DNA of 63,696 nt, filler included, from Asterionella formosa (GCA_002256025.1; 16 parts of 16 records of this genome joined end to end with filler, not necessarily neighbours in it), one strand, 5' to 3'; counted from the first letter of the whole stretch, positions 48,875 to 62,795 are shown. Numbers and translations: made by a program. The notes: generated from the sequence alone by a model not told the origin.

Positions 48875-49239
48875 TTTCGCTGTGTCGAAACAAAAGTCAT
48901 ATTTATTGGTAATAATAAAGAAGCCACAATTCTCTACGAACAATATTCAAGTACATAGTTGTAATATTTTTTGATGGGCAGTACCAGCCAGATAGTACCG
49001 GTAGGAGTATTGCTAGCTGTTTAAGAATAAGGTATGTATGCGGCTACTTCATGAATTAAAAGCGATACACACGAAACTACAGTCTACCTTTATTTCTATT
49101 GGCTAATAATTTAGGCGCGAGATTTGACTAATATAAGATTTGGTCGATGCGGTGGGAAAAAAAAGAAAAATTCGACTATTGATAAAAAATTTCTCGACCA
49201 AGTGACGTGTATTGATATTTTCAACTGCAATTGGCTTTG

Positions 49240-49270
49240 GTATTTGGTCGATGCGGTGGCGATGCTCTGA
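49240..49270 (-). mobile_element. PIF/Tourist-type terminal inverted repeat (TCA then GAGCATCGCCACCGCATCGACCAAA)
   Basis: Resembles GAGCATCTCCA-type PIF ends; subterminal copy of TTTGGTCGATGCGGTGG at about 49139; upstream of the transposase. Confidence 0.65.
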
Positions 49271-49659
49271 CAGATAGCATACTGCTACCTGTAGACGAAG
49301 ACGACGGACATACAACTGGTACAGTACAATGTACTCAGTCATCACTGTCTGCAAGGCATCATGTCTGATTTATTGCTGCTGTTGCGTATACATTATATAT
49401 ATCGACGCAAACCCCCAGATGGTGGACGGTGGTGTGCTATTCATCTACATCTCCATCTCCATGTCCACGTCCATGTTGATGGATCCTTCTGTATGTAAAA
49501 TGAACGAATTCACAAAACGAGCATCGCTCACCATGTATGTATCATAATCAGGGAAAGTGTAAACGTAAATTTCAACTAACAGATTAATTGATAATCAAAA
49601 CATAACAGTTCCGTAATTACAATAATAGATACTAAATGATCCTCCTAATTATTACCATA

Positions 49660-50940
49660 ATGACCATTTCCCACAATGGGTCAAATTGCGAAGTGCTGCT
49701 TTACCATATTCTTGAACACCAGCATTGGATGGGTGATTTCGCATAGAAGACTCAATAACTGCTTTTCCATCATCATTGACAATCATCATCTTGATGTTAT
49801 TTTTCATAGCCAAGTTCTGAAGTGCTTCACAACCTTGGTGTTGCACATCAGCAATGGAGGATTGCTCATTCATAGCAGACAGAATTGCAGTGATACCTCC
49901 TGCTGCAGCAATTGTCACCTTGCTTGTTGTTTTCATTCAAAGCCAAGTTTGCAAGTGCTCCACAACCATGCTCTTGCACGGTAGCATTGGAGGAATGAGT
50001 CTTCATTGCAGACAGAATCGTAGTGATACCTCCTGCTTCAGCAATCGTCACCTGGTTCTTGTCATTTTTCCAAGCAAAGTTCTGCAGTGCTGCACAGTAG
50101 CATTGGAGGAATGATTCTTCATTGCAGACAGAATTGTAGTGATACCTCCTTCTTCAGCAATTATCACCTTGTTGTTGTCATTCAGAGCCAAGTTCGCGAG
50201 TGCTCCATAACCATTCTCTTGCACAGTAGCATTGGAGGAATGAGTCTTCATTGCAGATTGAATCGTAGTGATACCTACTGCTTCAGCAATAGTCACATTG
50301 TTGTTTTCATTAATAGTCAAGATCCAAAGTGCTGCACAACCATACTTTTGTACAGTAGTAGCATTGGAGGAATGAGTCTTCATTGCAGACAGAATCGTAG
50401 TGATACCTCCTGCTTCAGCAATCGTCACCTTGTTGTTTTCATTAACAGTCAAGTTCATAAGTGCTCCACAACCGTACTCTTGCACAGTAGCATTTGAGGA
50501 ATGAGTCTTCATTGCAGACAGAATCGTAGTGATACCTTCTGCTTCAGCAATTGTCACTTTGTTGTTTTCATTATTATAAGCCAAGTTCCAAAGTTCTGAA
50601 CAACCTTCTGTTTGAATGTCAGCATCCTGCTCATTCATTCTCATTTTTGAAAGAATTGCAGCAATCGGAGACGGAACTGAAGTGGCAGGCGACCCTTGGT
50701 TATTCATACGATCTTGATCGCATCTAGGGCAGCAGTCTCGCACAGTCTCATCAACTCCAAACAGATTCTCTTTGCGCTCCTAACGAGCTCTGCTTGTACG
50801 CCATGCTCAGACACAATTGGAGCTTCATGCTTATTGCGGTTGTATGAAGCACTGACTTTGATGTCGCCACACTCTAACCCAATTGCAGCTTCATGCCGAA
50901 TCTTGTTAGGGACGTATGAAGCACCGAGGTTGTTCGCCAT
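49660..50940 (-). pseudogene. ARM-repeat protein gene, second paralogue, frameshifted
   Basis: Same 42-aa repeat, about 7 near-identical units, deletions near 50090 and 50780. Confidence 0.85.
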
Positions 50941-51867
50941 GTGTGATTTATGAAAGGACGCTTCTTTATTCGTGGTGGGATTTGATTGTGCCCGTACTGC
51001 ACAGCTGGTTCCTCCTGGTCGTGGTTAAACTGCATAATTCTTGAGTTCTTCCACTGCCTCTCGTGGAATTCTACAGTACATGCAGGCTCCAAATTCATTC
51101 AGTCATCCAGAAGTCGCACATTTCTATCCTGGAATTTTTATCCAACGTGATGAATATATATATATATAATAATAATAAGTATGTACTAGACTGCATTATG
51201 TAGTGGTAGATGAAAGGGTTTTATTGTGGAGTGTTTTGCCAGTATCCCGGTATGAATATATCGAACACATCTATCACATAGATTCTACATAAACTTTCGT
51301 ACCGAGTATGATTGTCTTATTTTACATTGAATACAGGACGATGGATGACGTTGTTTCATCACGAATGAGATCATGAAGACATTTTGAGAAATTACGAACT
51401 TTGCTGTGTCCTGAATACCCGGTACACCAGTATCATTTTATATGCACAGGAGGTCCATTTATTGGAAAGAAAGGACTCGTACAGATACATGGACATAATA
51501 CGTACATTATACCGACCATAATTTCAAATTTCGTACCCGGTCACTTGTACAAATCTACTAAGGTCAAAAAAGGGACTTCAAGTATACTGAAAAAAAGGCT
51601 CTCTTTTCTGTCTACGGAGTACATGCTACCACCTAAAAACTGAGAGTCATACAAACTTTCAGTTTTGTACTGATAGTCATAACAAAACGGGGTAATCACA
51701 AGGTTTGAGACGAATATTTGTAATATTATAAATCTGTATTAGACAAAGTCCTTCCTGTGCATATAAGNNNNNNNNNNNNNNNNNNNNNNNNNNNNNNNNN
51801 NNNNNNNNNNNTTAATTAATTAANNNNNNNNNNNNNNNNNNNNNNNNNNNNNNNNNNNNNNNNNNNN

Positions 51868-53341
51868 TTTCATGGGTATCTGGATTGAAACCCAAATATT
51901 TTTGTTGTAATCGGAATTTTCCTTTCAGCACCAAGAAGCAAAATGCTTCTGTACTGGTATTGATCAGCAAACCAACAAAACGTGTTTGCAATTCACACTG
52001 TGCCCGAAGACTGAGTTGAAATTTGGTCACACCAGATTTGTCTCCTGTTAAAAATGGTTCTCCACGGCTTGTCCTGCCTATAAAATACACCGGAGCAAGA
52101 ACATCACGCCAGACTTGGTATCCATGGCTTCCCCTGTCAATGTCCTTTGACTGCGCAAAACGATAAAGCGTCAACGACCACCTAATAAAGTCATCAATAT
52201 CCATAGTCTGGAAGTTATATTCTGTGAAACCAGCAGGTGTGTCATGAATTATGTTAGCAAACATGTTTGATAAGAATATAATCCCCGACTCAAAAAATCA
52301 TGTTTTCGGAGCATCTCCCTGCAAGAACTTATCTAAGATTCCTTTAAATTGATTATTCAATAGCTACATTCTGACATTCTCTCAACTTTTTAATGCACAT
52401 GCCACCAAATGTTGATTTGATGTAATCTAAACGTGCCTTGTTGGTACGTTCAATGGTCTGATTCATTGGAAGTAGTGCATCAGAACCATTCCATATGAAA
52501 TCGGCATGCTCTGGGTCACTCTCCACTTCTTTGCCTAACTCCGGTTTCACTGTGTATAGCCAACATAAGCAACATTGGGCAAACCAATCCTGTTTGTGAT
52601 TTGAAACGCCTTTCATACTACGTGGACCAGATAGGGCGGGATGTTTGATTCTCTTTTGGGAACAGAAAAAAGCACATTTGATTGATATTCTGTTTTACAG
52701 TACCTGCAATTCACAAACTATAACATCAAACTTACATGTTCACAGGAAAACTTCTTGGTCTTGAATATAAAACTCACAACTTTTGTGACGATTGATGGTT
52801 CAATTTTAGCTAAGCGAGAACGACGTTCTGATAAGGCTGCTGAAATTGAAGAGTCTTGATGACTTTGTATGGACGAGTTTTGAACCGAATTACGACCTTT
52901 GTAGTGATTGAGTTCATTGACCAATTGATAATATCCTTTGGCAAGTACAAAATGTTTTTCCCTCAGGTTGTCATGTACTTGTTGGTCCGTGCGATTAGAA
53001 AATTTATGATATGGTACCATGTCGTCCATCTGCCTCCGGGAGTTATTAATGTCATCATCGACAGGAGCCATTTTTCTTGTATCAACCACTGAAGTAGAAA
53101 CGTCATCATTGCTGTCAGTATCAATTACGGGATCCTTTGTACTAGTAGCTGATGGTGTCCCCATCGACGATGGGGTATTACCCCCAACATCTCCCAATCG
53201 CCGATTGGGTTGCTTTGGATAATCGCCTATTCGCTTTTTCTTTGAAAACTCATTTTGGAACTTGCTTCTTTGTTCAATACCGGCAGTATTTGCCACATGT
53301 CGCTTGTTTCCATGAACCTCTTTATGGTTTCTTGAAGACAT
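51868..53341 (-). pseudogene. Orphan spliced gene (transposon accessory candidate), paralogue of 17606-19030
   Basis: Three colinear ORF blocks; GTAAGT donor after FSCEH; C-terminal INTSTEAFCFLVLK. Confidence 0.62.
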
Positions 53342-53399
53342 TGTACTACTTGATAACTGTTGTCCTTGTCTTTCTTAAAGTTTGATGATCTTAAATTCA

Positions 53400-53865
53400 T
53401 TTACTGTCCCGCTGCAGTAGCAGTAGTCATAGACATATGGTGTTCTATTGCTTGCTTATTACTCCGACTACAGCTTTTCAGTTTCACGATCATACAATCC
53501 TAAAACTATGATGATTTACTATCCCAGCACTGCAGTAGCAACAGTCCTGATTATATGGTGTTCTATTGGTTTTTAGTTTTACGATTATACGATCCTAAAA
53601 CTATGATGATTTACTGTTCGAATGTAGTAGCAACAGTCCTGAACATATGATGTTCTATTGGTTTTTAGTTTTACAATCATACGATCCTAGAATTATGATG
53701 ATTTACTGTTCGAATGCAGTAGCAACAGTCCCAAAAATATGATGTTCTATTGGTTTTTAGTTTTACGATCATACGATCCTAAAACTATGATGATTTACTG
53801 TCCCACTGCAGTAGCAACAGTCCTGAACATATGGTGTTCTGTTGCTAGTTTACTACTCCGACAAC
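53400..53865 (+). repeat. Minisatellite, about 5 units (92-bp core period)
   Basis: GATCCTAAAACTATGATGATTTACTG..GCAGTAGCAACAGTCCTGAACATATG.TGTTCTATTG repeated; only about 2 units in the paralogue at 17175-17400. Confidence 0.9.
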
Positions 53866-55142
53866 CCCCAGTATATCACTTACTACCTGCTACTGGTACT
53901 ATGTATATATATATGATATATTGTTATTGTCATATGATGTACCGGTACACATGAAGAGCTCCCAACCAAAAAAGGGGCTTTAACAATTTGCTACCAAAAC
54001 CTTTGCGGCAATTGAACGGTCTAAATAATTAGTTTCAACGGACGTAGAAAATATCGATGCAAACAAATTTCAGAAACAATACCAGTACAGGTAGTCGTGG
54101 AAAACAATGGACATATAGTGCATTGAGTATTTTCGAATTATGTATATGCGAGTATGATCATCCCAACCATATCAGATGTTCCATATCGAGAGAGCCTTTG
54201 AATTTTATAAATGTATAACACTTAATATATATATATATTTACAAATTTTATTACTATAAGCATGGCATATATATTTTTGAAATCGTTCTGTCATGTTAAC
54301 AAACAATGCCTGCTGCTTCATGAAAAGATACGTCGTAGTTAAGCACATGACAAGCAAAGAAAGTTTATGCAATACATAACGAAAAACATTGTGGCTTCGA
54401 CACATTGCGCATTCGAAGGATGATGGAGAATGTTTAAGGTAATGAAGCCATCAATGTGGTACTTGGATGACATTCGTTGGGAGGCAGGCAGCACAACAAC
54501 AAATTGTTAACTAAACGCACATTTCCTTTTTTCTCCGTTGATTCAACAGCTCGTTTCGCTTGTTGGGGAGCACCAATGTAAAACAAAACCAAATTGCGTA
54601 AGTGCTCTTGTCGCTCGTTGGACCTATTCACTTCTGTTGGAACAAAACTGACAAAACGTTTACCTTCTCTATAAGTTAAGCTGACAAAAATGAACCAGTA
54701 AGTTTTATTCGACAACATTGGATAACCGAAACTTACTTATTCAAGAATTTACTGACAATTTACTGTAATAGACTTATGCATCAGTTGCATTGATTTGTGG
54801 TAAGTGAAGCAAGAGGATACGGTGGAATTGTGTGTCGTTGTGTCAATGTAACATGACTAGCTAACAAATCATTCCATCGGGCGATCTCGAGAAGTGAAAA
54901 TAATATGAGAAGGTTTATGATATGGACAAGAAATGTTGTTGATCAGTTTATATACATTGTGTGATGATAATGCTCCTATTATCATTATACTTCAAGGTCG
55001 GTAACATATTAATAAATCATCATAGACAAAAGATACCTTGATCATATTTTTGATCCAAAAATTATCATATATCCGAAAATCCTGTGCCACTTAGCGTACG
55101 ATACCCTTGATCCTATATGCATGATACTTTTATTTACAGACG
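53866..55142 (-). mobile_element. Non-coding repeat plus putative transposon end A
   Basis: Reverse complement of 30246-30520 joined to the 16090-17150 repeat. Confidence 0.75.
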
Positions 55143-55439
55143 ATGTGTAGCGACTCCGTCAATTCATATAATTTGTCAAAGCACGTGTTTGTTTTGGCAC
55201 TTTTTTGGTCTCCCCGTGCCCGGAACCGCATCTGGACCTGCCACGCTTAGAGAGAGGTCCCGCTAGTAGTCATGATAGTGAATACTCGGATGGGAGTGGG
55301 GTAGGAGACAGAACTCCAGTGCATGCCACCCATAGCATCAAGAATCCTATCTCCTCCCCGTTGTTCGGTGGGGGAGGTAGTGGCAACCACTTCACTGTTA
55401 AACAAAAAACAGTACTAAGTTGTGTTGTTACTAGCCATT

Positions 55440-55750
55440 TTCCTCCCAGGGGTTGGACACCTGCGATGCTGCTCTTCTGGCGCCATCCTGCAGTCGCTGA
55501 GGCCCACCGCCAATAATGGCGAGGTTTCTCGCGCATATTGACATGAGCCTCCCTAATTGCCTTATACCATGCCCGCCTACCCGAGAGGCGGATCACCTTC
55601 CGCGCCCTCTCTTTGGCAGCCTTGTACATGTCCCCAAGCCGTGCTACATCTTCACGGTCTCCTCGCGACTCCGCCCTCCGGGTTTCCCGGAAGATCCTCC
55701 TTCGGGTCTCAATCGCCCGACGTACCTGTCCTGTCACTCTTGGTGGGTTT
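55440..55750 (-). pseudogene. Non-LTR retrotransposon (LINE) fragment, endonuclease-RT linker region
   Basis: GC-rich; TGQVRRAIETRRRIFR..YKAAKERARKVIR..KPRHYWRW pattern; A-run at about 55201-55206 may be the 3' tail. Confidence 0.55.
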
Positions 55751-56034
55751 NNNNNNNNNNNNNNNNNNNNNNNNNNNNNNNNNNNNNNNNNNNNTTAATT
55801 AATTAANNNNNNNNNNNNNNNNNNNNNNNNNNNNNNNNNNNNNNNNNNNNTTTATTCAATATTACGTATCATACTTTGGTGATGTATGCATCGATGTAAC
55901 CTTATCATGATATCACAGTATCATCTTATCAATCATGATGAGATGATTGGGAAGCAACTGTATTCTGCATTGTGCTACAGGGTATATTATTATATCACGC
56001 AATTTAGTAGCGAAGTCACTCCGCCTGTAATGTA

Positions 56035-56490
56035 CAAAAGTCGACAGTGCACATACCGGTACTCACACGCTAATCAGGTTTGAGGAAACGGACAGTGGTT
56101 CCAACGAGCGAATGATGATATGGTACCAATTTTTCCAACGAAAGAACTTGTCTCTCTATTGATGAGGATGACACGGTCACCGACTTTTCCAGGAGCAAAC
56201 AACAATGAAGAGACCCACTTGTCGCTCTATTGATGGTAACAACGATACGGACAAGTTCAACAGTGAATACAAGAACAACATACCATTGAAAACAAGTCGA
56301 CAGTGTGTGCACGCACACGCCAAGCAGGTTTGAGGCAACGGACAATTCCAACAAGCAAATGACGATACAGATATCAAATTCTTCTTACGAGCAAACAACA
56401 ATGAAAAGAGCCACTTGCTTTCGCTCTCTTGATGGTATCAAAGATGCGGACAAATTCAATAGTTAATTCAAGTACAGTATACCAAATGCA
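56035..56490 (+). repeat. Diverged tandem duplication (200-250 bp units)
   Basis: AAGTCGACAGTG..CAGGTTTGAGG.AACGGACA..GAGCAAACAACAATGAA..CGCTCT.TTGATGGTA occurs twice. Confidence 0.75.
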
Positions 56491-57047
56491 GAAATGAGCG
56501 AGCGATATGAAAATGAAATACATTCTAATCAGAATCATTCTATAACTATAGCTATGTGGACAGTAGTCTGTTACGCACATTTTCGTATCTCCTTCTATGC
56601 TGAATCTCAATAGTAGATGTAGTATCATGTGAGAATTGAAAATGTCAATGAGAACAAGTAGAATGTGTTTGTTTACGGGTTGATTGGTGAGATTGTCAAG
56701 CTGAAGTGGACGAAACGGATATACTTTGTGCGTTGTGTGCGGAACCATTACAAGTTCGAATGATTTCTTCTCTCCTGTAAACTCTTAATTGAATGATTAT
56801 GAACAAAGGTTCACTGCACATGACGATTACTCGAAGATATAAAGATCACTTGACCAAAAAATTGAAGACGTTATCGCAAACATTCATTCCGCTTGTCATC
56901 GCTAGTATTTCGTTGTTGTTGCAAAAATCGGAGTGATGACGGATGGAAATCACGAGCAAAATTACATTACTTGAACTGGTACATTATCCTACCAAGAAAT
57001 TCGAATACAGGAATTAAGTAGAAACAATACATATAATAATTAAATAT

Positions 57048-57410
57048 CTGTGAAACTGTAGGTTTGCCCTACCAGCATTCCCTTCTTCCCCTTGTTTCAA
57101 TACCCGGTCGGAACATGACGTGGCTACTGTGAAACTGTACCTATTACTACGCTGGTACTGTGAAACTGTAGGTTTGTCCTACCAGCATTCCCCTCTTCCC
57201 CGTTGTCTCAATACCCGGTCGGAACATGACGTAACTACCGGTACTGTGAAACTGTACCTATTACTACCCTGGTACTATGAAACTGAGTATGTCGGTGCTG
57301 CATCGCTTCTGTGAAACTGTACCTATTACTATGCTGGTACTGTGAAACTGTAGCTTTGTGCTACCAATCTAATGTCTATTACTGAGTATGTCGGTGCTGC
57401 ATCGCTTCTG
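57048..57410 (+). repeat. Patchwork repeat built on CTGTGAAACTGTA (7 copies)
   Basis: Copies at 57048, 57127, 57158, 57244, 57275 (variant), 57309 and 57340; intervening blocks are themselves duplicated. Confidence 0.9.
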
Positions 57411-57758
57411 ATCCAGCACTTGTCCTCTGTCTAATCCTATAATTGACAGACCATTATCCCTTTCTGCTTCCTTGTTCTGTTACAGTCACGTTATGGCCAC
57501 CTTACGGTCCCAAAGATTAAATAGTATGTCAATCCATACGTCAAATGACCGATCTCGAGAATTGAAATTTATTTCCTACATGAAAATTAGTAGTCTTGTC
57601 CGCAGGAATATCATAGTAAGTAATTATAATGAAAATTGTCAACACTCAATGCTCCATCATCATTGTTGCTGTTGTTGTTTTAAGGTGATTGGCCTTCACA
57701 TCGTCCTATCTCCTTTCTCCTCTGCTCTCACCACCAGCATCTCTCTATTAGTATCACA

Positions 57759-58858
57759 ATGGCGACTGAAGGACCAACAGAATACTCAACTGAGGAGGAG
57801 CATTCCTTTTGCGACCGTATTCAATATTGGATAGGCGGCCCCATTCAAGTGCACTTGCTTCGAAGTGTGCAGATTGCCTTTATATTTGCTGCTGGTTGTG
57901 AACTTCAACACAGGTTTGCATCTAGAGGGAGGAGAAGAAATTTCGAGATAGGGCTGAAGCGTATTTTCGAATTCTGGATGAAGACCTTGAGGATTATATG
58001 TGTGATACTGCCATAAAAACTCAGCTGCGATGTGCATGGGGGTCCAAGGATAAGTCGAGCATGACTGGCGATACCTTATGGAGAAAGTGGCAGGAGATTA
58101 GAAACAAACTTTGCAACAGTATCATTTCTGGTTCAAACATCGCCCAGGATTTGCACAAACTTCCATGTGGACAAGGTTTGAAGGATGCATATTTCAACTT
58201 TGTCTGCCATATTTAGAAGCAAAGTTTCCAAAAGAAGAATCCAATGTGTCAAATCATGATTGATGGAGTTGATCGACCTGGTCAATCAACCAGCAGACTC
58301 GAAATCATGGTTGTTCCAAGCCCACCCAATCATTGGGAATACAGGGATCCAACTTTGTGCTATTTGCTTACTTTAAAGATTTTTCGGAAGAATATGCAAT
58401 TGGTTCCAGATGTGAAGGACAGTGATGTTGTAAATATAAGACGACAAGAGATGCTGCTGGCAGATCGCGAAGAGAAGAGGAATAAGGAGCATGGAAGGAG
58501 CAACAAACGAAAGCATCACCATGATGAATATTCATCACCAAGCAAACAGAAAACCCCAACCATGATGGATATGTCGATGCTCAATTTTCAATCAGCACAA
58601 ACTCAAAAGGGAAAAACTGATGAGATTGTTGCTCATCTTGATCTATATGAAAGATTCAAGCACATACTCCCTGAAGACAGATATCATGCAGCTGTTTTGA
58701 ATTCTTTCGATAATCTACCTTCCCTAAAAACTTATGATGTTGAGAGTACAAGTGTTTTGACTGACAAAAGTGTTGTCCCAATTCCCTCTTTTGTTCGTAA
58801 TGATGAGCAAGATAAAGATCAAGGCCCAGGACTTGTTGGAGGCATTTGCACCGACTGA
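57759..58858 (+). pseudogene. Probable Harbinger accessory (Myb/SANT-like) gene, degraded
   Basis: TGDTLWRKWQEIRNKL motif; convergent with a Harbinger transposase; frameshift and stop. Confidence 0.5.
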
Positions 58859-59017
58859 ACAGTGAACACCTTTGCATTGATTGCAACAAATTTGTTTGCT
58901 TTTGGTGTTGTGGTGCTTGCTTTTCTATGCACAGCTCTGATATTCAGGAACTAATTTGGCAACATAAATACTCATGAATATATTTTACTAAGAATATATA
59001 TAGTTACATAATATATA

Positions 59018-59726
59018 TTAAGCTATCTTGCTAACTTGCTTCTTGTTACATCTTTTACGAAATTCGTCATAATGATCAACAAGTAGTTGAACTCTATTCC
59101 ACCATTGACTTTGTTTACCCCCAGCCACTGTTTCATTCAAGAAGTTGCGGTGTGAAATAACATGCAATTCCATGCAGTCACCTCGCACAGTATGCGCAAT
59201 ATGCTGTGTGTCAGAACTTTCACAGTCAAGGTAACCATTGCTTTCTAATAGAATGTTATGGAGCATACAGCATGATGTGAACGCATTTTCGATATACTCA
59301 GGTCAAGACAAGTTGTTCCAGTTCTTAAGAAATAACCATTGACTTTTCAATATACCAAAAGTACATTCATTATCTTTTTGAACTGACTCCACCATCATAC
59401 CACTTGCCCTTTCTTTTCCATGTTCATTGCCGTAAAATTGGACAAATCAACAATGGCCATCGTAGGTAGTACCCTCCATCACAAATGAAATAGTAGCCTT
59501 TACAAGTAATATAAGACTCAACAGTGAGCACATTCCACTCTTGCCTGCCAAGAAACGATTTTCTATCGTGTAGATTGGAAACAGCTGCATCAAACTTGAC
59601 TATGTGTTTGTCATTTCTTGTTCCTGGTTGTAGGTAGCTGATTGATAAAATCTTTCTTCTGTGATCAGAAACCACCTCAAAAACAACTGAAGGATACCCC
59701 GAGGAACCTTTAAATATATTCTTCTG
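59018..59726 (-). pseudogene. PIF/Harbinger transposase C-terminal half, degraded
   Basis: GTRNDKHIV, FICDGGY..WP, ESVQKDNECTFGILKSQW and CCMLHNILL motifs. Confidence 0.85.
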
Positions 59727-59826
59727 NNNNNNNNNNNNNNNNNNNNNNNNNNNNNNNNNNNNNNNNNNNNTTAATTAATTAANNNNNNNNNNNNNNNNNN
59801 NNNNNNNNNNNNNNNNNNNNNNNNNN

Positions 59827-62041
59827 AAACTCTCCAAGGATTGAATTCAGAGATCATGCAATATTCAGATTTCCAAGATCACACCGGCTTTCTCCCTGAA
59901 AATGCAATGGAAATGCCCCTTCCTCCTCAATTTCAACTTCCAAGTAAACATTCTCTGAACATGCGCGCATCCAATCGAATTAGAACTCATGTTATTCCTT
60001 AACGAGAATTAACTACCTTCCACCAGTTTACTTTGATCATCTAATGAAATGGCTGTTCAAGGCCAAAGCAATGAAATATTTTGATAGAAGGTATGTATCA
60101 AGCTCCATCCTACCAGACTTTGAAAAAACGCATGGATATTTCATTTCCACCAACATTAGCTGGTGGTCAACTGTTGACCAAACAAATACAGATTGATGAA
60201 AATTCAAACATGATCATCCCACTCACACTCCATTATTTCGAACCAGTACAGCTCATGGCAGGATTGTTACGTGATTCCGATATCATGCAACATTTTGTAT
60301 GTCACCCACAAGTGAAAGTTACAACTTGTGGAGAACGCATATATGTCGAAGTAACTTCTGCTACTTGGTTTGAAAATGCATTCAACAATTCTCCTGCATC
60401 ATAAATGGATTGTTGAAGACAGGGTGTTTATTTGTTGCCCTAGCAGTTTTCAGTGATGGTTCACCTATTGATAAACAAATGAAACATTCCGAGCATCAGT
60501 TTGTGTTGACAATGTTAAACTTAACGTTAGAAGGGAAAAAAGTTGATGGGTGGCAATTGGTATCTCTTTTGCCCGACAGTGAAGTCAGTGATCTGGAGAA
60601 ACAAATGAATAATAAGTTATCTGGTGATGACTTGTCCTTAGTATGTCGACTCACATTCTACCATTCTGTTACAGGATTTCTATTGTCGCCTTTCGAAGAG
60701 CGATCCAAACAAGTCATACGATATTTGGGTTCATGGTCTTGGTATGACAAAAGTTTATTTCCAGATTGGAATGATCATTGGTGATACAGAAGAGCACAAT
60801 AAAATTTGTGGTTTCAGGGGTGGTAATGGATTATATCGACGATATGTTTGTCGTGATTGCCTGGTTTCAACTGAGGATGCTGATAATCCTGATATTGGAT
60901 GTGAACATCGTAAAGTGTCAGATGTTAAAAAGTTTTTAAACAATTTTAAACAAGTTTCTTGACAAAAATGCATATCCCGATGGAAAATTGCCGTGTATCC
61001 CACCTGAGTATTGTGTCTCCCAATCTAATGGCAAATACGCAACAGCAAACAAGTGGTGCCATGTTATATCGCATAATCCTATAATGCCTGCACTAATAAA
61101 TCATTTTTTTGGTGGTGACTTAGAAGGATTATTTGCTGCAACTCCATTTGAGGTTCTTCATCAATTACTACTTGGAATTTTTAAGTAGTTACATTTTGGA
61201 ATCATTGTACAATTATCGGACTATCCCTGAAGAATGGACATGTTTTTTTAAAGAAAGAAAATCTCCAGATATTCCAGAAAACATCTCCGATCATAAACGT
61301 AACACTGAAACAACAGACTCTGCTTTTCTTGATCAAGAGCAACCGAAGAAACGGGCAAAGATCAAAAAGGACACACGCACCAGTTATCAAAAATATCTAC
61401 ACTGGCAAAAATCAAGACCCAACACTTGTACCAGCACCAGAAATGTATTTTCGAAACTATACTTCGAACAAAGTGCTATATATATATTAATAGTCATTTG
61501 GAAAGCAAGGCAAAGCGATGGTGATATTCCAAAATTGTCATACAGATCTGGGATGACAGCTTTGTCAAAAATGTCAGGGCAAGAAATTCCCGGAATGTGT
61601 CTGTCAACAATTTTTTCAATTGGTGGAATGATGGTGGGTTCAGAGAACATGCACCTAGAAAAGGATTTCACATTGCTGTTATGGTTATGTGTATCTATCA
61701 ATGACACTTTTTTTATACCGCAGTATACATCAACATGTATTGATATTTTAGAGGAATGGGTTAAGAGATTTATGTCAGTTACTAAGATTATGATTGGTCC
61801 CCAATGGGAAATGATATCTCAAATTGGCTTACAACAAAATGAGCGTTGTTGAATTTCATAACATACTTTCGGCAGCATTTGTTGTTCCTGCTTTGAAACC
61901 ACAGGAATCAAGGAAATCTCTTAAACTGCAAGAAGTTTGGAACAGATACAGAAAGATAATTTTTATGTTGCCATGCCGCCACGACGTCATTTATGGAACA
62001 AATCAATCGGGTGGGACCAAAAACTAACAAGCGAACGTTGA
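59827..62041 (+). pseudogene. Plavaka-like transposase, family A, second copy
   Basis: Paralogue of 4003-6481; keeps IIGDTEEHNKICG..CRDC, lacks about 875 bp near 61835. Confidence 0.72.
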
Positions 62042-62097
62042 TAAATACACAAGAATAATATAAATAATAGTGATAATATAGTTTCACATACTAGTAG

Positions 62098-62366
62098 TTA
62101 AGTTATTAGAAGGTTTTCACAAACTAAAATGTCCTGAGGAATGATGAGCTTGGATGATCCCAATGGTCCTTCTCGTTTTGTCCGAAATTTTGCTACTCCA
62201 CTTCTTTTCAACTGCAGTTTGATATGAGTTTGTAACTTTTTCAATTTGATTCCAGAAGGGCTATCTTCACGAGAATTCGTCGCTGTCACTTGAGGACAAA
62301 CTGTTCCAAGATGAAAGTATGTTGACTTGGTTGGTGGGTCAGATGTAACAGATAACAAATCGTCTG
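62098..62366 (-). pseudogene. 3' remnant of the Ulp1-like gene
   Basis: Matches 6540-7105 with about 270 bp deleted. Confidence 0.8.
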
Positions 62367-62475
62367 TTTGTTCATATTACTAGAAAGCTAGGGAGGTACA
62401 ACAAGGGATTTCATTTCATGACAAAACTATTAGAGGTGATGGTATTACCCACTCTATACAAGGCAGTATTTATAC

Positions 62476-62735
62476 TGAGCTTTGTCGAAGGTGCTAGTTA
62501 ACTACAACTGCACTACAGAGCGACGCCTTAATGTACCAGGTACCTGGTACCCAGTCTACCGGGGGTAAACGAGTTCCGGTATATCGCTACAAAGCTTTTT
62601 TGTCGAAGGTGCTACCGGTACTCCGTTAACTACGAGTGCAAACATAGCTTCGACAATATGTACCATGTACCCAGTCTACCCCGTATTCAAAAATATGTAC
62701 ATCGCGAGCTTTGTCGAAGGTGCTACCTGGTGACT
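62476..62735 (+). repeat. GTAC-rich repeat, three TTTGTCGAAGGTGCTA units
   Basis: Motif at about 62481, 62599 and 62710. Confidence 0.85.
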
Positions 62736-62795
62736 ATATGTATGGCCATAAAAGCTTGCGCTGAGAGTTGATTATTTTTCGGGTACGTTCGTAGT

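Noticed and set aside
51868..55750. Contig 5-7 nt longer than the size-sorted order predicts
   Set aside because: Too small to interpret; probably polishing after sorting
57048..57410. CRISPR-like repeat-spacer array
   Set aside because: Repeat only 13 bp, spacers unequal and duplicated, eukaryotic context, no cas genes
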